Below are positions 41,094-53,000 of a DNA stretch of 64,000 nt, one piece after another. The stretch lies in contig CM082596.2 in the NCBI GenBank assembly GCA_040954595.2, positions 4,209,025 to 4,273,024 on the forward strand, given 5' to 3'. The number at the start of each line of letters is the position of its first letter. The stretch's first letter is position 1. The translations under genes were made by a program, and so were the position numbers. A model generated the notes under the pieces. It was given only the letters and a program-made list of their open reading frames with translations. It had not been told where the DNA came from and ran no database searches. Source of the DNA: Balanoglossus misakiensis. Taxonomy: Eukaryota > Animalia > Hemichordata.

Positions 41094-44000
41094 GTAAGTA
41101 CAAAATATTTCAAATAATGTCGATATTTAATGCCAGTGACATGTATCAATCGTGGTAAACAGTAACTACGAACACGTAGCGTTTTGTTGCCTAGTTACTG
41201 TCTCACTCGGCGATCGTCTGCTCTTGCTGATAGACGCAAGGAAATGAACATTGAAATTTACATCAGCAAGAAAACGATTCGTCCAATTTCGTGTATCTAG
41301 CAAAATGGGTAGATCCGGAGATGACGTTGATGCTGGTAATGTTTTTGTTAAGGTTAGGGCCTAGGTGATGAACAACCAAGGTAAGTGTTTGTTCACTAAT
41401 CGTCGGTCGCCAGAAATATATTATGTAGGTCATCAGAAAAAATACCACATGTATATATTTGTAATTCAACAGCATGGATGTAGGAGGGAGTCTCCTACCT
41501 CCAGGCTATATAAATTTGTGCCTGGCTAGCTGTGCGTTTGCACGGTTGTGTGTTGTGGTTGGAGCCGCAGCCAGTAACAACACACAGCCCTGCCACACAG
41601 AGCTATTGCCTGGCATAACTGTATTGTAATCATTATGTAGATACATGTGTAGTTTGAGATCCATTCATTGTGTGAAACTAATATATTTAATTGCGGAGAA
41701 GGTCCTCCCTTGAACTTGAGTATTTATTTCAAGGGAAATAAACCGATTTTTAAAACCCTCAACCCTTGACCTCTGAGGTGCTTTAAAGGCAACAGTTATA
41801 ATCATATGCTACTTATTAGTTAGAGTTCGTTGATTGATAGGGCTTTGTTGATTGATAGGGCCCTTGCTAGTTCTCTCCACTATCAACTTATCGTAAAGCT
41901 CTTCTATGGGAAGGAAAATTGGGAGACACGCCCACGTTGACCTGGATACTCTATAATTAGAACAATTATACCAAGGGTGTATGTTAGAAAATTTGACAAG
42001 ACAAGTGCTGCAAAATGCTATGTAACCAAGCTCCAAAAATATCTTGCACATGATTGTATAAAGTGGTACCAGTACATCACAAGGTGTAGACCATGACTTT
42101 GGCTTTAATCTATCTATTACTAATCGGTATATCTGACTGGTTGTGTAAATGCACATGAACAGATATGACCATATTGTGACCTTTGTACACATTTATAATG
42201 CATGACGTACATGTCAGGGCCTTGCGACAACATGTCACAGGCATTGTGTTGCTGATGGCAAGTGTTTTAGTTTGAATCCTTTCCGTTGCCCCACCATTGT
42301 TTAGTCCAAATTCATTGTTTTCCTGGTTAATTAATCCTAGAGTGTCTCCGGATAGACGGTCAGTTTAGGAAAGGTCCCAGTGCCATGGTAAACAGAAAAT
42401 TAGTTTTATTACTGGAATTAAGTGACTATTTGAAGGTTAGTGGCATTGTTGAGAATGCTCTTCCTTTTGAGCATTGTAGGTCATGAGTTAAGGCAGTTTT
42501 TTGGTTTCCACAGGAAAATTACATCAAAGATGAACTGTCATAACGATTTTGAAAATGGGCATACATGTAGTTGATGAACCTTTGTCCCTTTGAAGCCTGC
42601 CTCCATACGTTATCAAAGATGGTTCCCCTGAAAATAAGACATAACCCACGGGTTTCAAGGTGGTTCATAAGATGACCAGACAGAAATCTGTTTTATGTTT
42701 TTTGCCATTATCTTGTGATTAAGCATGCCTTTCATCGTATATACAGCTCTTGAGCACTTTGATGTCTATCGCATTAGATTTACAATGTTTAATAGTAGCA
42801 TGGCATTTTGTTTGCCCGATGTCACTGATATGTCAGTAGAAACCATAATAGATTGCCAGCGTTCATATCATCAGAAGAGTCGCAGATGATTGCCCTGTAA
42901 GAGCATATATTCACTATCTCACCAGGCAATATAATAATTCCAGTGACTAATTAGCTTTCAACGACATCAGTCCATTGTAGTCGTCTTACTCGAAATGCCA
43001 CTCTGTTGGCATGGAGACGTGAACATAGCTGCCTTAGCCAGACATGGTGCATTGTGCGAATGAAAACAGCAATTTTGGTTCAATTTCTTCAGTCTGTCTC
43101 GGACTACATGCTATGTGAGGGATACATCGGAATGAAAAATCGGGAGAAACCTTTGGACATGGTTCTTTGTATACACATTTTTGTCAACAATTTGATTATC
43201 ATAAATGCATTACCATCCTCATAGTCTGACAGAATGATCTCAGTGTAGCCGGGATTGTGGGAAAATAATAGTTACATGTATGTAGACTTGTCATTCTGTG
43301 CACATTGCATCAACAGGTTTCATCAGTCAGTAACGCACACTTTAACATTTCACTGTCTGTGCAGAACAGATTCCCTGTACACAGGAGATATAATTGCAAA
43401 CACAGTGGAATCAAACCCTTGATGAAACAAAACTACCTGTAGATAGACCCTGGGGCCATTTTCCCAGGTCTTCATGCAAAACAAACAGAAATCCAATCTA
43501 TGATAAGTGCAACATGCATTTGCTTTACAATGTTATGCTGGTTCAATAAATGTCCATTTTCGCTGTGAAAACAAGTAATATATTTTTCACTATCATTTAT
43601 TGTTTGCTGATAAAGTTTCGCGTCCACTGCGTGTTTGCTGTATGTGTTTATTTCAATATACCTGGGCATGTGTAAAAAAAGCAGGAAATTGGTCAAAATT
43701 GATATTCTATTGGAAGGGGAAGATCGAACAATGACATTGAAAACGTAGCACTCTGCAGTGAGTAAGTGTACGGCAGTTACGCCTGAGGTGGTTTAATAAT
43801 ATGATATGTATAGGTTCCTTTCCCCACATCTTTATCCACAGACTAGAAGTTTTGATTCATTTGTGTGCTTGTTATGGCCATTATGATGTGTAGTTGTACT
43901 CAGCTAAACTGATAATTGAATTAGCATATAACGTCATTCCCACTAGTTTTCCTAAAAATATTGGAAATTTGGTTGATGATGTATTACTTGCATTTGCATA

Positions 44001-47000
44001 ACAGTGAATCAAAAACACAACTTTTGAATTTATCATGCCCTTTTCTGTGAGACATACAATTGATTGATGTTTGTAAGGTGGTGTGTACACACACTGTACT
44101 AAATCATTCACAGAACACTTGTGATCAGACAGATAGCAATCAATACACTTGTACTAACTTTGTAGATATTATTCATGATATACGGATATTTGATTTTTAT
44201 CAACGATATCAGTGATATTAACGTGGATTTTCTAAATGCCATGAAGAGAACAGCAAGGAGATAAATGTAAACTGATTGTCAGAAATCTCATTTGTTTTTC
44301 ATGAAAATATTAATCATTTACTTGTTGTGGGGTTCTTTTCATTTCATGATTAAGTGTAGCTGTTTCACCAATTCAACATATAATCAACAAATATCTAATG
44401 GTGAAGTAAGTACATGTATTCCCACATAAACAAGATTTTAAATGTATATGTACATACTTTACATACATGTATTTGATCAAATGATGATGTTAAATTCAAG
44501 TGCCGATTACAAAAGCTGAACAAAGCCTAACACGGGAGTCGGTTGTTGTCATGGTAATCTTACAAGCAGCTGCTGAGAGTGAGAATGTCAAGCAGAGACT
44601 CAGATAATGCATGAGTGGTTCCATTATGGAGAAAACCATGTTTTGTTTTTTGCGTTTTATATAATATTCTGTAGTGTCGAACGTTTTTTTATGTGATTGT
44701 GGCACAAGCTGAGATTTTAGAGCCTGAACACTGAGCTGGTCTGACACCTGTTAGCTTTATGTCCAGAGAGAATTGCATTGCAGCAGGTTCTCCTGCAAAA
44801 TTCCCAAGTTCATTCAGATTGTTTTGTGTTGGCCAGCCCCCTTGACTATCAACTCGTGATTTCCTGTGTCGGCGTGGAGCCAAGCTAGACACCTGTGCGC
44901 CTGTCACATCACATTGCGGCAGTGATGTGAAAATGTTGATTTTTTAAATCACTGCTAGATTACACCTTTATGGAATCGGCCACCTTCCAATTACATTGAC
45001 TCCCCGGAGATTCCGCGGATGGATTTTGTTTGACAGTTGTGTGCTGCTCACCAAATCTCCCTTTCATTCGCACAGCATAAACATGCATCCACACAGTGTG
45101 ATTGGAATCTCGGGTCTGCGGAAACCCGGCAATTGAATTTTCTGTGTGGTGTTCCTTCCATCAGACACAGTAATGCCCTTCCTCATCAGAACTAATATCT
45201 TGCCTGATCCTTGTCAAACTGTTGAAGTAACCATCTTTATTCTGCTCGGAAGCGAAATCCGGAGCTTCCCGGTTTTGTCATTATCCAGTGATCTTGTGTG
45301 CCCACATGTCCTTGCCCAAAGGTCTCATTGACATTTCAAGTTGCCTAGAAGTATTCATGATCACTGTCATGCATGTAATAAAACTGAGGTACAGTACATG
45401 CACTTTGCTGTGCAGTGCTTGTAAGCGGTCTTAATCAGACAGTTTACATTGATTGCACCTGCATATTACAGCCACTAATAACCTTCAGTGACTGTCTATG
45501 TGCAATTTTGGATCCGTCGGTGTGTCTGGCCGGGAGATTTCAGAGGAAGACAAATTACATCGTGTCAGATTGCGTAGGAAGTCATTTTCCCTCACTTCGT
45601 CAGTAAACATCAAAGCCTTTCACGCGAACAAGAATGTTACGATACAGAAAGAATGATGGTGTAGCTCGTAATCCACGCCTGTGCTTTCAAATAGGACCCA
45701 ATGGCGATGAGAAAAGTAACAAATTTCCCCACAAATTGGTCAGCAGAATGTATAGCATAACCTGACAACCACAAGAAACTAGAATGCCTCTGATTGGTCA
45801 ATCATCCTGACAACCTTTGTACGTCATTGGCTCAACCACACCACTGAAGAAAACTCAGCATTGAAAGAAAGACAAATTTATTGCTACATGTAAATCTCAA
45901 TTCCAGGAAATGTTTGCTTATCTAATCTCAGTAAATGGAGACAAAACCCAACCCCAAGATAATGTGTATACTTTAAAATATTAAATCTGGACCCTTACTT
46001 CAGTTAAACTATCATCTCTTCCGTCTTTATCCATTATCTGCCTTTTAGTCCGGGACTGCATTACTGAAGAAATAGGGATAAATGTAATAACAGTCATTTT
46101 GAAACTAAGCTCATATTAAGCATGCTGTTAAGTTGATGGAGAACTATTGCCTGGGGAATTATTTCTTTCTTATCATGAAGTCCCTTTCGTATTATGTAGT
46201 GCAAAAACACAAGGTTCAACTTAAACTCATACTGGCTAAGAAAATATTGCCATTTTGTGACGCATAGTGCAGTATTTGACAAGGTGATGTTTCAGTCTGA
46301 TATTTTTGTGCCAGTACATCTACTAGTCTCCATTAGGGCCTTTTACCCATCCACGCTGAGTGCATATCCCTGTACACTGTAGGGGATGCTGGGAGCGCAG
46401 TGGCTTTGAATGGGGGTGCTCAGATCGGCAGAGCAGGTTTTACTGTCGTCTCATACATGGGTTTACACACACTGAGTGCAGATCAACTGCTGCATTAATG
46501 AACGGGTCAGTGAGAATACACAAGATGACTGTCACACGTCCGCAGGGTGTGATAGTGCATAATATGTTGTTTGAACTGCTGAAATTGATTGATTGAGATT
46601 GCAGGTGGTTCTGATTTTGTCAGATGAATTTTCTCTATTATTGATGTTGGATTACACAGATTGGGCAAGGCAGGTCTAGAATGGATAGTCTAGAATCTAG
46701 CCAGGGGGCAAGGTGTGTATCTGTCAAACTGATGTTGAAGTCAAGTTGTTTGTGCACAGATGGGCCAAGGATAGTCTAATGTCTAGCTGGGAGGGGGGAG
46801 ATTATGGTTCAAGGTGAGGTAGTGTTGAAAACGTAATGGGGCTGAAATTTACAGTGAGAGCTATGAGCATCTTATGCTGGCTTAGATTTAAGCTGTCGGC
46901 TGACCTTTTGTTCACGATTGGCCAGAAGACAATGTGCCATGATTCATACATACATTTTTTGTACGCACAGGTTGATCAATTTGTTTTGTGAATCAATCCA

Positions 47001-50000
47001 AAATGGCTGCCAGGCGGCCATGTTGTTATGGTTTTCCATTGCTGATACTGACGTGTTTGGATAAAATTTGTTCACAAGTGTGGCTTCCAGTTGTTTGACA
47101 TACAAATTGCTGTGGTTTTACCTGCACTGTTATTATGACTGACCTCCGACCTCTACAACAAGTACTTTTATTTTAATACAGTTCATCAATCCATTAATAA
47201 GGGGCGTAATTAATTGAACACTGAGAGGCCCACAGCTTGTTTCGTTATTAACAATCATTGTTCAGTTCTTACCATCAAAACACATTAGACTGAAAAACGT
47301 GACTTTCACTGAACTGTTTATTTTGCAAATGAAACTGTCGACAAATAGTATAGTGTGGACATGTTGATTTAGTGCTCATACTAAATGTGATTCTCAGTGA
47401 TGTGTCAGCCTGTTTGACATTTAATTTTGTTATTAATGATGGCATTGTTGGTACTTGTATGTTTAGTTTACTGTAAAACTTCGTAGATCATATTGACCAA
47501 CGAACATGTTTTGTATAATTACACTTTGTTATCAATCAGTGCCCCTATCAATTACACAGCTTGTGATATTGATGTAAGTAATTTCTCAGAAAGAGATTGT
47601 ATGACGAAATTGACATAAAATGTTGCTCTGATCATAATTTCCGAGAAAATTATTATCATAGAATGCATACCTTGGGCAATTTGGTAAATATAGTCAGTCA
47701 CATACATGTACTAACTGCAATTACCACTGTGAAAATAAATTACAATGAAATTGCCATTCAGTTAGGAATCTAGATCATTAACCCAGATCTTATAATCATT
47801 TGGTTTTAATTTGAGAGTATGTTTGTGGGTTGGTTATGTCCTTGAAATCATATGTATTTGCAGTCAGTAGGCTTCAATGTTATTTCATTTCTACATCAAG
47901 CATGATAAACCTTATCAGTTATCTGATAGGTATGCAGGTGTTTGTGTCGGGAATGGTAAGAGGATGAGCCATGCTTGTTTCACTTGCAACGGTCATACAA
48001 ATCATTTTGTAACTGCATGATACTTCTCTGACTTGGATGGGTCTTCTTTTTATCTGACAAGGGTACACAAGTTGGATATGCCATCTTAGGTTTTTCAGAA
48101 CGTGACTGAAACACTAAAATTGGCAGTGATGGAACAGTTTCTTCATTCAGGACTTACAATATAAATGTTTCATCATTACACCGCTGTGTGTGATCACAAG
48201 AATGATGTACAGTGTACGTGGTAACAGCTTTATGCGCTGAAGTGTATGGCGAAGATTCTCGCTTTCACTTCTCATGTCACCCTTAATCTGAAGAAACCTT
48301 TCTTGAAAGGAAGAGGCAGACGCTATTGATCTGAACACGGAGATTCTTGAGAGAGATGGATCAGATTGCAGCCGGCATTCAACGCTAAGAATAGAGGAAG
48401 AGTCTGGAAACAACTTGGAGTGTCAGATACATGTTGCAGTATCACTGTCTCTTAGATTTGAAGATATGATTGAGAGGTGTTTCCTTAAGCATCAAATCCC
48501 AAGAGTATATGCCTGCGAAGTATCTTTTTATGTGTTTTTCCAGTACAAACCAATTGCCTTTCTAAAAATTTAATTTCTTAATTAAATCCTTAGCCCGTTT
48601 TAAAAATTAATTCCTGTATATCTGTATATGATTTGCATTTGCATTTCCTAAGTTATTCAAAGAATTGAAGTTTTAATAATATGTTTTGAGGATATTAGCT
48701 TGTATCATGAAGCTATCAGTTTCTGTTTATGACTTCAGTGATGGATTAGCCTTGGTTGAGTGATTGAAATAGGTCAGATATGACAAAGGAGTATATATCA
48801 TCCCATTTATTTTGAGTTAGGGCAGAGCTCAACCATTCAAAGCTGTGATAAATGACTAGGCCACCTGTTGAGATTATGGAAGCTGGTGGATTTTCCTGGG
48901 GATTTGTTTCATGTGATTTCATGAATGTGATAAAGAAAGGGAGTGGTTTTATCTCTCCTCTGATCATGTCGCAGTGATATTGAGAACAGTCCTCGCATAG
49001 AGACCTTTTTAAAGTACACGTACGCGGTAACCTATGCAAATTTATCCCCAGTTACCATGGAAAGTGGGGATCTGGCCAATCACTGATTTTCATATGTGAA
49101 ACAAGAAACAAAATAGATTGAAATGAAAGTATTAATAATTCACATCAGTCAATTAGGACTTTTAATTAGTGAAAGTAATAGTATTGATTGGTGACTTGTG
49201 GAAACGATTCTCATGAAATAGATTTTTCACCCTTCAATTTTTATTCTTTTATTCCCAAATGATCCATGGCTTCTAGAATGATGAAAAACTCATTTGTCCG
49301 TCACTCTCCTCATTAAGGAGCAATTAATCAGAGTTGTTGAGGTTTCTCCCCAAGGGCTCTAAACAGTAGCAAGTTAATGAAAGTCTGTTAAATTTAATCA
49401 TTTGATATCAACTACTGATGTGTTTGGGATCATTTGTATTCTTGTTTTCTTCAGTGTGGTCAGTCTTATAATTTGGTATAGTATCATAAATATGAGAATA
49501 CAATAGGTGTTGCAGTGACCGTATGACTTGTGAGTCTGAATCTTGACTGACGCCCTTGAACAGCTTGTGGCAATGTTTGTGATTTCTTTCGTTCTCATTG
49601 GCTTACCATTTCTGTGGTCTAGCGCCCTCTATGTCATGTGATTACTTGGCATAAAACTGGATAGTGAAATCGGATTGAAACCCACTTCCATAAAATTCCT
49701 AATTGACATTTTTATATACCCCTGGTACTAAAGTTCAGCTCTGTTCCAGCTCATACGAGTATAAGAGGAATGGCTTAGACTTTCCTGTTTATAGCAACAA
49801 TCTACATAAACTTAATACTGGGTTTAATAGCAAACAAAAAATACAAGAATTAACATTCTTTACACAGTACTGTATAGTGATTCTGATACGTTTATCTTAT
49901 GATTTAAAGAGTTTTCACTGAAGTTGTATATACCTGTATTATGTAAAGCATTTTGGATAGAGTATTTTTGAGTATGGCTGAGTGAATCACACTGTAGATA

Positions 50001-53000
50001 TGTTGAGGGAGATAACCGAACAGCCCGTGATGTGACGTCTCTATTATTGTAGTTAATAAAATGATAACATCTGTGTTAATGTCGGTGGCAAATGTGACTG
50101 GCATTCTCAATTATTGAGTCCAAATTGAGATGAACTTAATGACCTTGCTCTGCTGAATTTCACTTCAGGATTAATGTTCTGGAAAGAAAAGTCAGAGGTC
50201 AGGGAGAAACAAATATCGTTCCTTGGATTATTTCTTTTTGTAAAATGAAAGAGACGGCATAGGAATTATCACTGTTTGAGTGACCATATGCAGAAGAAAA
50301 TAACATATGAAATTATGGGAAACCTTGTCATTTTGACCAGTAGAAGTGTGTAGCTCTAATCAGCTGTATTTATGCTGGTCAGTGAGTAAGGAAGGATGAT
50401 TTTAAAATTCTAATGTCCTTCTTTCTAAAAAAAGAACAAAAAACCTAATTATCTGGTGATCAGATCTAAACAAACTCACTGGCCGGTTAAATTAAGTGGG
50501 GGGGATAATTTCATTACGCAAAGTGATTTGTACTGCATTGGAGTTTGCGCATGTGACGTGCCGTGTTGTACTTGCGGACTTGCGTCATCACAATAATTTG
50601 TATTGCATATGCTGCTGTTTTAATTCAAGATATGGTGCAGCGAAGTTTGCCTCCAGGCATAGAAACACTATACATTACATGTAAACGAAATAGGAATAAT
50701 TGAAGTAATTGTCCTTCAGTCAACCACCCAATAACATTTCGCTAATGCGAAGGGCAGCGTTGCTGGCCCAGGCTGGATAATCAGACTTGGAGGCCTGTAT
50801 ATTATATTATCAGGGGTGACATACATGCACATAAAAAAATTAACATCAATCATAGAGACAACCCTGCTGCCTTTAATCAACTCACCCATTGTTGCACATG
50901 ATGCTTGTCTTCTATTCCCCAAGACGAGTCATGTCCACCTCCATGATATGCCATGCTGAAATCTATACCTGAAACTCAGGTTTGATGTCAGCCCCGGCTC
51001 TCAGTCTCAATAAATACGCAACTATACGCACTGCTGTCGTTTGGGGGTTATCCGGTACTGGATCTTGCGTGACAGATCACTGAATGTGTGCCTGATTTAA
51101 TGCCTTCAAGAAAGTAAAAATTCTAAGACCTCGGCTCAGCTGGAGACTGCTCGCTTCATGGTCACATGCAATGACTGCAGAGTCCGAAATAACATTTCTT
51201 TTTCGACTGCAGCCATATGCAACACCATATGTGTTATGCACCTGCCTTGTACACGTAACGTCCATTTCTAGGAATGTGGGGTTGCTTAGGTAACAGTATA
51301 TGAGATATTCTACTCAAGTTTGATCAGTGGGATTTTGTTTTGTTTTTATCGCCGGATTGTTGTCATCTCAAAGCGTACTCGTACATTTTGTAGGTTATGT
51401 GTGTTAATCCTCCGATGACAGCATGGAGGAACAACAACAGCTGGTGAAATAAGGTACGACCACCAGCACTGTCAATTAGAAGAAAACAACACTCCATCAG
51501 ACTTGGAGACATCCATCTCGTAATCACGCTAAATGCCTCGTGGAATGATTGCCATCCGGATGGCTACGGCTGTCGGTTATTCCTGACATGTGACCTCGCT
51601 GTTCATCGGAATGCTCGTCGCAGAAGTATCCGTCTGTGCTTGGCGGATGTACAATGTATAGCTGTTAATTTAGAAACTGACCCCATGTTTCTGCTAATAT
51701 TATTAGGAGTCCCTGCAGTCCTGAAGGTCACCTGTGCTTGTCTGTTAAGATTCAAAGTCTTTCGTATCCTATTATCATGTCTGTTCATTTATAAATTACA
51801 AAAGGGTTTAAACAAAGTTCTTTCCACATGTAACTCCATAGTTCATGGTGATCACTTGGCCACCCAAGTGAAAATCTCTGATTGGTTCAATTGATTTCTG
51901 CTTTCTAAAGTACAGTGGTTGAGCACATGTTACCTCTATGTTTAAAGACATATTGCTATGATTATACTAAAGTGAAATATTAATACTGTCATACTTGAAA
52001 CAGTTTTAACTGGCAACTACAAACAATCTCAACTGGGCCAATCCCAACTGTGAATCTTGGTTAAAGCCATGAATACAGACTGTCATCACACAGACAGGGG
52101 CAGATAAATGGGCCAATTAGTATTCTACGAGATTTGATGATAGGCGATGTTCTATTTGCGTCAGCGCATCTTCATTTGATGTCGGAGAGGATAATATTGT
52201 GATCATGCAAGTCTCCAGAATATCAGAGGTTAATGCGAGCATTGAGTAATCTGAATCGATTTCCTTGTATTTCAATGCACGAGCATTGAAATATCAAACT
52301 TTGTTTATTATATATTTGACCTGAGATGAGAATGTAGGAAATCAGGTACATTTGTCTAATACTGCTTCTTATAGAGGAATGCAAGTTTCCTTAGAGTAAT
52401 ACTGAGTGAATTATCTCTCGGACTATCTGTTACCCATCTGTAATCATATCTTTGCCTGTGATTGCTTTCTGGTGAGGAAATTCTGTACAGGTACAGATAT
52501 GATCTTGATTTGTGTAATTGACCATCTATCATTTGAAGACAGTGTGTCTACAGTTCGTTTTATCCTGTGGTTGAAAGCAGTGTTTCACATCATGGCCGTC
52601 CAACCATCCAACCATCCATACATACATGTACATTAAAGTTTGTAACAAGCCACATTCAAGAATTCAAAGCCAATATAACATGAATGTCTGCTTGATATGT
52701 AAAAGTTGAGGCCAGTATTGAGTAATACAATGTGTGTGATAGTGTAAAATATCTTATAACAATGTATTGTTATGGGAATACGTATGCTGTAAGACTCTGA
52801 ACAGACTCTTTCACCGCGCAATAAAATTTAAAATTTCCATAAGACGATAAAAGTAAATTACTCAGTTGGCAAATTTTATAACTAATGATGTTTAAATGAC
52901 CGCGACTTATGAACGTAGGGATGTGTGATGAATTTTGAAACTGAATAAACATCAAAATCACAAAAAATCACGACATCGATAATGAGTGTCTTACCCTGGG

